Assembly: GCA_023251095.1 (NCBI GenBank)
Contig: JAHEZL010000007.1
Coordinates: forward strand, 15,136-79,135
From: Flavobacteriales bacterium
Lineage (GTDB): Bacteria; Bacteroidota; Bacteroidia; Flavobacteriales_C; GCA-002722245
Direction of reading: 5' to 3'
DNA: 64,000 bases
Part shown: one piece after another, positions 1 through 8,661 of the stretch
How the letters are laid out: each line of letters begins with the position of its first letter
Numbering within the stretch: position 1 is the first letter of the stretch
Translations under genes and position numbers: made by a program
The notes under the pieces: model-generated
What the model was told of the DNA's origin: nothing
What the model saw: the letters and a program-made list of their open reading frames with translations, nothing else
Database searches by the model: none

Positions 1-589
1 CCACTTGCGGATTATTTTGCACGAAGTCGTTGAACTCCATTAGTTTTTTAGTGTCGCTATCATTGGCTTTTACTTCCTGCACTACTTTTCCGCTCCACAG
101 CACATTGTCGGCAATGATGTAGCCGCCTTGTTTTACTTTGTCAAAAACGAGATGGAAATATTCCAAATAATTTTCTTTATCGGCATCAATGAATACTATG
201 TCAAATGGCCCTTCCAGCGTTGGGATAATTTTCAATGCATTGCCGATATGGTAATGAATTTGGTTTTTATGTTCCGACTGATCGAAAAAGCCTTGCGCAA
301 AATCTTTCCCTTCTTCGTTGATATCAATGGTAATTAATTCTCCTTTTTCTTTCAATCCTTCTGCGAGACATAAGGCTGAATAACCTGTGTAAGTGCCTAT
401 TTCCAGAATTTTTTCGGGTTGAATCATTTTGCTGATCATGGACAAAACGCGTCCTTGCATGTGCCCGGAGAGCATGCGCGGTTTTAATATTTTTTGATGT
501 GTTTCGCGGTTGAGTCTATACAATAACTCGCTTTCGGAAGTAGTATGTTGTAAGGCGTAGTTTTCTATATCGTGAGGGAGGAAGTCCAT
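1..589 (-). CDS. Class I SAM-dependent O-methyltransferase (caffeoyl-CoA OMT/YrrM-like). The start is at 589; the 3' end runs off the window.
   Basis: A manual minus-strand translation from the ATG at 589..587 gives MDFLPHDIENYALQHTTSE...ILEIGTYTGYSAL...FIDADKENY. The SAM-binding glycine motif and the acidic residues are typical of cation-dependent O-methyltransferases. The ORF is missing from the six-frame track because it is truncated by the window edge. Confidence 0.65.
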   Translation of the reverse strand, partial: MDFLPHDIENYALQHTTSESELLYRLNRETHQKILKPRMLSGHMQGRVLSMISKMIQPEKILEIGTYTGYSALCLAEGLKEKGELITIDINEEGKDFAQGFFDQSEHKNQIHYHIGNALKIIPTLEGPFDIVFIDADKENYLEYFHLVFDKVKQGGYIIADNVLWSGKVVQEVKANDSDTKKLMEFNDFVQNNPQV

Positions 590-746
590 GCCGTAAAGTT
601 ATAAATTGCTTTTGTTTAGATTTAAAAAAAGGAACATCTTTTGTTGACTTCTAAAAAATAAAGACATATATTTATGTAAATAATACACTAAGTAGTTTTG
701 TGTTATCACATAAATAAGCATATTTGTAAAAATTAAACTCTATTCT

Positions 747-1856
747 ATGCAAAGGTTGATAGTTTACTTCGGATTGATATTATTGGGTTTGGTTACTTCG
801 TTATTCGGACAAACTTCTGCAAAGTTTTCTGTTCCAAAAGATAAAATGCTATTGGTGGTGGGTCAGGATTTAAGCGCCATAGGAGGCTTTGAAGCACCCA
901 ACAACAATGGCTATGTAGATAATTTTAACGTGCTTCCGGGAGGAGTTACTTTTTATACCAATCTGCCGTCGTTAATGGGTTTGGAAGATCCTGTGAATTA
1001 TGGTGCCGGTGATGTTTGTGCGCCATGTGTGGTGGATAATCCAACTTTAAAAAACACTGCTTTGTCTATTGGTTTGTATCTGGTAGATGCTTTGGAATCT
1101 ATTGCCAAAGGGACTTACGATGATGAAGTGAATGAGCTGGGAAGATGGATTAAAAAAACCAACCGACCGGTGTTTTTGCGAATAGGATATGAATTCGACG
1201 GGAACTGGAATCACTATGAACCAAAGGCTTATCAGGCCGCTTTCCGACGGATAGTGGATATTTTCAGAAAAATGGGAGTGGACAATTGTGCTTTCGTTTG
1301 GCATTCGGGAACTTCTCCTGTGGATGATAAAATTGAAGGTTTTCATGAAAATATCGGCGACTGGTGGCCGGGTGATGAATATGTGGATTATTGCGGCTAC
1401 TCCTGGTTTGTGGCTTCTGAGGAGCAAGCTAAATTAACAGATGAGCTGGTGAATTTCGCCCGTGCGCACAACAAACCTGCGATGGTTTGCGAGTCGAGTC
1501 CGCAAGGTTATGATGTAGTGCGCTTGACCCGCAGGAATTTTGGAGCGGTGTATGACGGTCCGGCAGGAGAGAATTTACAGGTGAAAACATCAGAACAAAT
1601 ATGGAGCGAATGGTTTGTGCCTTTCTTCGAGTACATTGAAAAAAACAAAGATGTGATCAGGGTAGTGGCATATATTGATTGCAATTGGGATGTTCAGCCG
1701 ATGTGGGGTCCGCCTTATAAAGACGGGTATTGGGGCGATTGCCGCGTGGAAGCCAATAAATACATTAAAGCTAAATGGTTGGAGAAAGTAACTGCAGCAG
1801 ATTGGTTGAATGGTGGTGCGGAGTTGTTTACAACGATGGGGTATACCAAGCATTAA
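747..1856 (+). CDS. Secreted glycoside hydrolase, probably family GH26 (mannanase-like).
   Basis: There is an N-terminal signal peptide. The motifs FLRIGYEFDGNW and WWPGDEYVDYCGYSWF resemble the GH26 catalytic-region signatures. Confidence 0.55.
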   Translation: MQRLIVYFGLILLGLVTSLFGQTSAKFSVPKDKMLLVVGQDLSAIGGFEAPNNNGYVDNFNVLPGGVTFYTNLPSLMGLEDPVNYGAGDVCAPCVVDNPTLKNTALSIGLYLVDALESIAKGTYDDEVNELGRWIKKTNRPVFLRIGYEFDGNWNHYEPKAYQAAFRRIVDIFRKMGVDNCAFVWHSGTSPVDDKIEGFHENIGDWWPGDEYVDYCGYSWFVASEEQAKLTDELVNFARAHNKPAMVCESSPQGYDVVRLTRRNFGAVYDGPAGENLQVKTSEQIWSEWFVPFFEYIEKNKDVIRVVAYIDCNWDVQPMWGPPYKDGYWGDCRVEANKYIKAKWLEKVTAADWLNGGAELFTTMGYTKH

Positions 1857-2033
1857 TTGAAAAATCCTCCTTGCCCTCGCGCATAAACCCTTCGCACTCC
1901 TCCTTTTCTAAAGGAGGAAGTTAGTTAGCTGGCATTTCCTGAAGTGTATTGTGAAAATGGATGAGTACTGAACTTCTCCCTTTGTAAAAGGGAGAGAGCG
2001 GAGGATTGATGTGTGATGGCAAGAGGGATTTCT

Positions 2034-3338
2034 CTACTTCTCCCTAAAAAACAACGTAATCGGTACTCCGCTAAAATCAAAATTCTCACGAATCTGTTTT
2101 TCCAAAAAGCGTTTATAGTTTTCCTGAATGTATTTAGGATGATTACAAAAGAAAGCGAAAGCCGGAGTTTTGGTGGGTAACATGGTGATGTATTTAATTT
2201 TCACCATTTTCCCTTTCAGTGTTGGAGGAGGAAAGCGATCAATAACAGCGCCCAGCACTTCATTGAGTTTAGAAGTTTTAATGGTGCTTGTTCTTTTGTT
2301 GTTTACCTCAATGGCTGTTTCCAGCGCTTTTAATATACGTTGCTTGTCGGGTACCGAAGTGAAGATAATAGGCACATCGGAAAAAGGACGGATGGCTTCC
2401 TGAATTTTTTCAGTGAAAGCATTGATGGTATTGGAATCCTTCGCTACCAAATCCCATTTGTTTACCACAATAACAACGCCTTTTTTAGCTTTTTCAATGA
2501 TATGAAAAATGGTGATGTCCTGCGCTTCAATTCCTTTTTCGGCATCTATCATCAACAAACAAACGTCGGAATTCTCAATGGCATTAAGGGTTCTCAGTGT
2601 TGAGTAAAACTCAATGTCTTCCTCTACTTTACTTTTCTTTCTCAGTCCGGCCGTATCAATTAAAATAAAATCGTGACCGAACGCTTTGTATCGTGTGTGA
2701 ATAGAATCACGCGTAGTACCTGCAGTTGGTGCAACAATATTGCGTTCCTGATTCATGAAGGCATTTACGATGGATGATTTTCCTACGTTAGGTCTTCCCA
2801 CCACTGCAATTTTTGGGAGGTCGCTTAAATCTTCGGGTTTTTCTTCAGAGATATCGGCAGCAATCAAATCCAGTAATTCACCTGTTCCGCTTCCGCTGAT
2901 GGCTGATATTTGTAATACTTCACCGAGTCCGAAATTGTAAAACTCAGAAGCATCAAACTGACGTTCGTAGTTGTCGACTTTATTCGCGACTAAAAATATT
3001 TTCTTGTTGCTTTTTCTTAATAAATCGGCTACACCCTGATCCAGATCGGTAATACCGTCGATCACATCCACTAAAAATATAATGATGCTACATTCCTCAA
3101 TGGCAATTTTAACCTGACGTTTAATGGCCACATCAAAAATATCATTGGAGCTTGGAACATATCCGCCCGTATCAATCACTATAAATTCTTTTGCGTTCCA
3201 TTCCACGCGTCCGTAGTGACGATCACGTGTTACTCCTGCCTGCTCATCAACGATTGCTGTCCTCGATTCCGTTAAGCGGTTGAAGAGGGTTGATTTCCCC
3301 ACATTGGGTCTTCCTACTATTGCTACAATATTTGCCAT
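2034..3338 (-). CDS. der: Ribosome biogenesis GTPase Der (EngA), with two tandem GTP-binding domains.
   Basis: Two G-domains carry GRPNVGKST/GRPNVGKSS P-loops and DTAG/DTGG motifs, with a KH-like C-terminus. Confidence 0.9.
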   Translation of the reverse strand: MANIVAIVGRPNVGKSTLFNRLTESRTAIVDEQAGVTRDRHYGRVEWNAKEFIVIDTGGYVPSSNDIFDVAIKRQVKIAIEECSIIIFLVDVIDGITDLDQGVADLLRKSNKKIFLVANKVDNYERQFDASEFYNFGLGEVLQISAISGSGTGELLDLIAADISEEKPEDLSDLPKIAVVGRPNVGKSSIVNAFMNQERNIVAPTAGTTRDSIHTRYKAFGHDFILIDTAGLRKKSKVEEDIEFYSTLRTLNAIENSDVCLLMIDAEKGIEAQDITIFHIIEKAKKGVVIVVNKWDLVAKDSNTINAFTEKIQEAIRPFSDVPIIFTSVPDKQRILKALETAIEVNNKRTSTIKTSKLNEVLGAVIDRFPPPTLKGKMVKIKYITMLPTKTPAFAFFCNHPKYIQENYKRFLEKQIRENFDFSGVPITLFFREK

Positions 3339-3412
3339 AGCGCGAAAATAGCGAATTTTTACAAAAGCGCCGCGCTTATTCGGTGATGGAGATGAGGATG
3401 GCTTTTATGGGT

Positions 3413-4636
3413 TTAGAAGGTGCGCTGATAAGGGGTGGTTAAGGTAACTTTGGTACCTGAGGCCTGATTGTTATGATCGTACAAATCGGAGATTTGTATT
3501 TTTACACGGTCGTTTTTGTGCAAACTTTTAATGTGGTTTTCAGTAATCTCCATTCCCAGTGATTTTCTGTCTTTAAGTTCACTTGCAGCCTTTCGGCCAA
3601 TGCCATTGTCTTCAATTTCAATATGCAGGTGATCGTTCGGCCGCGGATGGATGCGTATCCATAATTTGGGCTGTTCTTTTTTCTGGAAGGCATGGATCAG
3701 TGCATTTTCCAGGTAGGGTTGAATGATAAAGGCCGGAATCTGAATGTCTTCAATATCCAAATCAGGATGGATGTCCAGTTCAAATGAAAAATTGTGCATC
3801 ATAGAGTGGTGCAATTCCAGGTAATGTTCCAAAAATTCTTTTTCTTCTTCAAGGCTATGGTAGAGTTCATCCGACTTTTCGAGGTTTAAGCGCAGCAGGT
3901 TGGAAAACTGAATGATTTGTGTGTGTGCCTCTTCATTCTTTTTGTCGTGAGTAAGATTGGTGATGGAGGTTAGCGCATTAAAAATAAAATGCGGGTTAAT
4001 CTTGAGTCGCAGATTTTTTTGCAGCAATTCACTGTTTTGCTGCTCGATCTTCAGGGTTTTGAGATAGTTTTTGTAACGGACTCTTATAATAACGTAATGG
4101 GCATAAATACAAATGATAAGCATGGTCACCTGATGGATAATCACAAAAGGAGCATTGCTGGTATTGGCAGTTGCAGGAGAGAAATAGATAACAATGGAAA
4201 GGTAAATGCTGTTCACCAGTAAAAGTGTGGTGATGCCATAGCGACGGGTGGAGGGAAGGAATAAAGTAAAAGCAACTTCCGTATGAATAAGGTTGATGAT
4301 ATAATTGTTGTTTTCCCAACCGTTGCCCATGAGTCCGGCATTGAGGGCATTTGGGATCGTATTGAGTATCACTGCCACGAGATAAATCATCTGGAACCAT
4401 TGCTTGATGAATTTCGGAAAAACATAGGAGCTTGCCAGAGCAAGGGCACAAAAAGAAATGGAAACGTATTTCAGGAAGGTGACAGCCGGCGGAACATTAC
4501 TTCTGAAAAAATCGGGCAATATACTGGAGATAAAAATCAGGATAACACCAACCAATGCCGTGATTCGGAATGAAGGCATTATTTCGGCGGAAAGGTGTGT
4601 CCAGTATTTATTTTTTTGTTTGGCGGATATAAACAT
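3413..4636 (-). CDS. Membrane sensor histidine kinase of the LytS/YehU family (HK1). It has no adjacent response regulator.
   Basis: The N-terminal half has several transmembrane segments. The NPHFIFNAL His_kinase (PF06580-type) motif and a C-terminal HATPase region (IEDNGIG) are present. It is a paralog of the 8662..9897 kinase. Confidence 0.8.
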   Translation of the reverse strand: MFISAKQKNKYWTHLSAEIMPSFRITALVGVILIFISSILPDFFRSNVPPAVTFLKYVSISFCALALASSYVFPKFIKQWFQMIYLVAVILNTIPNALNAGLMGNGWENNNYIINLIHTEVAFTLFLPSTRRYGITTLLLVNSIYLSIVIYFSPATANTSNAPFVIIHQVTMLIICIYAHYVIIRVRYKNYLKTLKIEQQNSELLQKNLRLKINPHFIFNALTSITNLTHDKKNEEAHTQIIQFSNLLRLNLEKSDELYHSLEEEKEFLEHYLELHHSMMHNFSFELDIHPDLDIEDIQIPAFIIQPYLENALIHAFQKKEQPKLWIRIHPRPNDHLHIEIEDNGIGRKAASELKDRKSLGMEITENHIKSLHKNDRVKIQISDLYDHNNQASGTKVTLTTPYQRTF

Positions 4637-4760
4637 TAGTATAAATGGGGGCAGCTATAAAATTGTTCTTACTCTTTCCTTTTTTTGATTTCTCTTCTCT
4701 TCTCGCGGGAGACACAAATATATGTATTCGTAGGAGAGTAGAAAAAATGTTTTTGCTTCT

Positions 4761-4792
4761 TGCCGTTAAAATAGTCGAATCTGCCGTTAAAT
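4761..4792 (+). promoter_or_regulatory. Direct-repeat pair TGCCGTTAAA x2, 22 bp apart, upstream of A1. This is a putative LytTR operator.
   Basis: Exact 10-mers at 4761-4770 and 4783-4792 lie 34 bp upstream of the TAGATTTG box. Confidence 0.45.
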
Positions 4793-4816
4793 AAATGGAT
4801 GTTTGTTTTGTTTTTT

Positions 4817-4824
4817 TATACCCT
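4817..4824 (+). promoter_or_regulatory. Candidate -7 promoter box TAGATTTG for the A1-B1 transcript.
   Basis: It matches the Bacteroidota TAnnTTTG consensus. It sits inside a 16-nt block (TAGATTTGCTGCCGAG) that is identical to the one upstream of A2. Confidence 0.4.
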
Positions 4825-4872
4825 AGATTTGCTGCCGAGGAAACTAAATTTATTAAACTAAAAAAATCTCTT

Positions 4873-6108
4873 ATGAGAAAGATATTGTTATGCTTGTCGG
4901 CAATTGCCTTGAATGTTTCTGTTAATGCACAATGGACCGGAACTAATCCAATAACAACCACCAGTGCCGTTGGTATTGGAACTACAACTCCTGTTGCCGG
5001 TAATATATTGCAATTAGAAGGAGGGCATTTGGCTATGTACGGCGGTTATATTCTTCCTTATGCAGGAAATTCAACAGTTCTGTTCCGCTCTGTGAATAAT
5101 AATTTTCCTAATTATTGGCTCCCTGAAAATTTAAATACTTACCGTCAATTTGAAATCGCACATGTTAGTCCAAATGGAGTAGATGTTGCCAACAGAAGAG
5201 GGTTCTTAAATCTAGCGGCAAATCAATATATTCAAATGAATGTCAATGGTTTTGATAAAATGAAAGTGGAGGAAACGGGGGTGTCGTTTAATGTAGCTCC
5301 AATCAATTCCTGGGCATCCAATGATGCTTTGATATTCCGTTCAATAAATAACAATTTCAATGGTGTTGTAACACCTCAATTTGAAATTAAACATGTTGAT
5401 CCTAATGGAGTAGAGCTTGCCAACAGAAGGGGTTTTTTGAATATAAAGGCAGATGCCGGAGTATTAAATTTAATGAGTAATCAAACGATTGTCATGTTTA
5501 CCAATGGTGCGCAAAGAATGGCTGTTGATGTAAATGGTAATGTGGGAATTGGACAATCAACGCCGGCTGCTAAGTTAGATGTTAATGGAACAGTAAGACT
5601 TGCTATACCGGGAGCGCAAGCGAGTTATGTATTGACATCATCCAATACAAGTGGAGATGCTACATGGCAGCCAATTTCTTCTTCTCAGTGGACAACAAGT
5701 GGTTCAAATATTACTTATTCAACAGGAGGGAATGTAGGAATAGGAACCAATAATTTTAGCACTCAGGCTACTACTCCTACTAATTCAAGTCAAAACAATT
5801 ATTATAAGTTGGCTGTTAATGGTTCTGTTCGTGCCAAAGAAGTTATGGTAGAATTAAATTGGGCTGATTATGTGTTTTCTAAGGAATATCAACTGAAATC
5901 ATTAAAAGAGGTTGAGCAATATATTAATCAGAATGGACATTTGCCGGGTGTTCCATCTGCTAAAGTTGTGGAAAATCAACAAGTGGGTTTGGGGGAATTG
6001 GCAAAAATTCAACAAGAAAAAATAGAAGAATTGACCCTTTATATTATAGCGTTGAGCAAACAATTAGAAACTCAACAAAAACAGATTGAAATTTTATCTA
6101 CAAAATAA
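4873..6108 (+). CDS. Secreted repeat protein with a tail-fibre-like C-terminal domain and a terminal coiled coil (A1).
   Basis: The listed ORF begins at 4795, but the signal peptide MRKILLCLSAIALNVSVNAQ starts at the ATG at 4873. Internal ~90-aa repeats contain ELANRRGFLN. The C-terminus reads AKEVMVELNWADYVF..LKSL.EVEQYINQNGHLPGVPSA, followed by a coiled coil. It is a paralog of 10361..12232. Confidence 0.5.
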   Translation: MRKILLCLSAIALNVSVNAQWTGTNPITTTSAVGIGTTTPVAGNILQLEGGHLAMYGGYILPYAGNSTVLFRSVNNNFPNYWLPENLNTYRQFEIAHVSPNGVDVANRRGFLNLAANQYIQMNVNGFDKMKVEETGVSFNVAPINSWASNDALIFRSINNNFNGVVTPQFEIKHVDPNGVELANRRGFLNIKADAGVLNLMSNQTIVMFTNGAQRMAVDVNGNVGIGQSTPAAKLDVNGTVRLAIPGAQASYVLTSSNTSGDATWQPISSSQWTTSGSNITYSTGGNVGIGTNNFSTQATTPTNSSQNNYYKLAVNGSVRAKEVMVELNWADYVFSKEYQLKSLKEVEQYINQNGHLPGVPSAKVVENQQVGLGELAKIQQEKIEELTLYIIALSKQLETQQKQIEILSTK

Positions 6109-6138
6109 GTATTGTAATAAAATATAAATCGTGATTTT

Positions 6139-7854
6139 ATGAAAAAAAGTACAATAATTTTGTTTGTCTTTTTCCTTATTGGAATAAGCAAAAGCGCATC
6201 GGCGACTTGGACGATAGATTTTAGTATGACAGATGGTCCTTCGTCAATCCAATTAAGCTGGGTCATTGATTATGCCTGGTATAATTTTGCAACTTTAGAA
6301 AACGGAAAACTTGAAAAAAGAGATGTTACAATAAATTCAGAGTGGGAAATGTATTCCATGTTAGTACTTGATAAACATCATTATCCGGCAGCAAGTCAAA
6401 ATTTCACCGATAATAATGTAATTGCGGGCCATGAGTATGAATACAAAGTTATTTATATATGGCAGGGCGATGTGCACGAGGATGTGGAGCATTTTGGGCG
6501 AATACGACATAGTGTTCCTTCTGTTCCAATTTATGATCCAAATTCATGGCAATTAATTTATCAGGAAGATTTTTCAGGAACATCTCTAGATCCTTCAAAA
6601 TGGTATGTAACCAATAATTATGATTTTTGGGGGAATCCAGATAAAGAAGATCATCATAGACCATATGTAAATACTAACAGACCTCAAAATTTTGAAGTTA
6701 GTAACGGTACTATGAAAATAACCGCTCGTCAGGAAGACTACACTTGTCCTAGCAATGATGCTTATTATTGTGGATATAAAGGTTCATCTGAACCTTATCA
6801 TTACACAACTGCACTTATTGAAACAGACTGTGAGAAATATAAATATGTTTATGCTGAGGCATTGATTAAAGTTCCTTTTAATACTGCAGGCGGTAGAGGT
6901 TTATGGCCGTCATTCTGGACTTTTAGAGCGGAAAACCGTGTGCCTGGTCCTAATGATGCGGGTGAAATTGATATTTTTGAAATGGACCAAGTTCCAAATA
7001 ATCCAGGTGATCAGTGGCTACCTACCAATGTGCATTTGGCATATGGAGATAATGCTCCTGAATGGCAGCAAACAGTGAATATAGGTCCGCATACAGGAAA
7101 TATATGGGTAAAATATGGAATAATGTGGGATGAAAATGTTATTAGATGGTATGTAAATGATGTTTTATATAGAGAAATTTCTAATCCAGGGGTTAATGAT
7201 GCTGAAAGATTTATTTTTAATATAGCTATCAGGGAAAATCCCGATAATTACATTTTTCCGGCTACCATGGAAGTGGATTATTTTAAGGTGTATGGAAAAA
7301 AAGTAAGCATGAATAATTACACTGTTCAGGTAGGAGAAATAAAAAATCAGTACTCCAGTTACAGCATTGATGTTGCCGGAAATGCAAATAATTATATTGT
7401 TGATGCCAATACTTCGGCTCATGGCACTTTAGATCTCTATGCAGAAAATAAAATAAAATTAAATCCAGGTTTTCATGCAAAATTGGGTAGTTCTTTTCAT
7501 GCGGAAATTAATGATGGATCAGAAAGTTATTGTAATCATGCCAATGGTAGTAATTCATATAAAAAAGATGATGATAATTCAGTTGCTAAAGAAAATAAAT
7601 CTGATAAAAAGATTTCAGAAACTGTTTATGGCATTTTCCCCAATCCCAGTAATGGATCTTTTCAAATTAATACTTCACCCGATCAGATTGGATCAAGTAT
7701 CAAAATTAATGATGTAACCGGACGGTTGATTTATAGCGGATTACTTAATGACATCTCTCAGAAATTAGAGTTGGATTTTCTTCCTTCAGGAATATATATT
7801 ATCAATCTGCAAAAAGCGGATCAAGTCTATACTCAAAAACTGATGATTAAGTAA
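6139..7854 (+). CDS. T9SS-secreted GH16-family glycoside hydrolase (beta-glucanase/laminarinase-like) with an N-terminal FN3-like domain and a C-terminal Por sorting domain (B1).
   Basis: There is a signal peptide. The GEIDIFEM motif matches the GH16 E-x-D-x-x-E catalytic motif. The C-terminus (FPNPSNGSFQIN...GIYIINLQ...KLMIK) looks like a T9SS CTD. Confidence 0.65.
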   Translation: MKKSTIILFVFFLIGISKSASATWTIDFSMTDGPSSIQLSWVIDYAWYNFATLENGKLEKRDVTINSEWEMYSMLVLDKHHYPAASQNFTDNNVIAGHEYEYKVIYIWQGDVHEDVEHFGRIRHSVPSVPIYDPNSWQLIYQEDFSGTSLDPSKWYVTNNYDFWGNPDKEDHHRPYVNTNRPQNFEVSNGTMKITARQEDYTCPSNDAYYCGYKGSSEPYHYTTALIETDCEKYKYVYAEALIKVPFNTAGGRGLWPSFWTFRAENRVPGPNDAGEIDIFEMDQVPNNPGDQWLPTNVHLAYGDNAPEWQQTVNIGPHTGNIWVKYGIMWDENVIRWYVNDVLYREISNPGVNDAERFIFNIAIRENPDNYIFPATMEVDYFKVYGKKVSMNNYTVQVGEIKNQYSSYSIDVAGNANNYIVDANTSAHGTLDLYAENKIKLNPGFHAKLGSSFHAEINDGSESYCNHANGSNSYKKDDDNSVAKENKSDKKISETVYGIFPNPSNGSFQINTSPDQIGSSIKINDVTGRLIYSGLLNDISQKLELDFLPSGIYIINLQKADQVYTQKLMIK

Positions 7855-7880
7855 AAAGTTTGTTTTTTTTAATATTAAAT

Positions 7881-7900
7881 CTCCGGTTTTTAACCGGGGA
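7881..7900. terminator. Bidirectional intrinsic terminator hairpin between B1 (+) and the LytTR regulator (-).
   Basis: The hairpin CCGGTT-ttt-AACCGG is flanked by an A-tract upstream and T8 downstream. Confidence 0.55.
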
Positions 7901-7906
7901 TTTTTT

Positions 7907-8659
7907 TTATTCTCCAATTGCAAACTGACTCAAAAAATCATCCTTCCTTCTTCTGGCCACGGCGATTTTTGCGCCGTTTTTCATCACCGCAAAACCACTG
8001 TGTTTTTCATACGATTTTACATGATCGAAATTAATCAGATGTGTTTTGTGAACCCTGAAAAATCTGCTGTCCTTTAGTAGCGTTTCGTATTCCTTTATGG
8101 TTTTGCAAACCAATACAGAAGATTCATCCATGAAAATGAATTTAGTGTAGTTGCCATCTGCTTCGCAGCGGGTAATTTCGTTGATGTTTACAAATTTATA
8201 TCCGCTCGAATCAGGCAATGCAATCTGATGTAAAGTATCGGTTTTAATATTTTGAATAAGACTGTTTATTTTTTTGTTTTCCAGTGAAGTATTGTTTTGC
8301 AAAACAATTTTTTCAAGTGCTTTTTCAACCGCAGTTTTTAATTCAGAAGGATCTATCGGTTTTAAAATATAATCAATCGCAGAAAATTTAAAGGCCTTTA
8401 CTGCAAATTCATCAAAGGCTGTAGTGAAGATGAGTTTGAACTGAATGTTTTCCAGTTTTTCAAAAACAGAAAAACTATTTTCATCTTCCAGCTTTACATC
8501 AGAAAAAACAATTTGAGGGTTATGCGTTTGAATGGCTTTAATCGCCTGCTCTACATTGGTTGCGTGCGCCACAATTTTTATTTCGGGAAATAACGCATTT
8601 AATAAAGATTTTAAATAATCATGAGCCGGCATTTGATCTTCAATGATGATTGCATTCAT
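7907..8659 (-). CDS. LytTR-family response regulator (REC domain plus LytTR DNA-binding domain).
   Basis: An N-terminal receiver domain (IIEDQ...FSDVKLED) and a C-terminal LytTR domain (...FFRVHKTHLINFDHV...) are present. It lies immediately downstream of HK2 on the same strand, consistent with one operon. Confidence 0.85.
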   Translation of the reverse strand: MNAIIIEDQMPAHDYLKSLLNALFPEIKIVAHATNVEQAIKAIQTHNPQIVFSDVKLEDENSFSVFEKLENIQFKLIFTTAFDEFAVKAFKFSAIDYILKPIDPSELKTAVEKALEKIVLQNNTSLENKKINSLIQNIKTDTLHQIALPDSSGYKFVNINEITRCEADGNYTKFIFMDESSVLVCKTIKEYETLLKDSRFFRVHKTHLINFDHVKSYEKHSGFAVMKNGAKIAVARRRKDDFLSQFAIGE

Positions 8660-8661
8660 AT

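Noticed and set aside
128-337. A 69-aa plus-strand ORF at the window start.
   Set aside because: It lies inside the minus-strand O-methyltransferase, which has recognisable SAM-MTase motifs, and has no signal of its own. It is probably a shadow ORF.
1047-1853. Two minus-strand ORFs of 87-126 aa inside the GH26 gene.
   Set aside because: They are embedded antisense in a gene with clear catalytic motifs.
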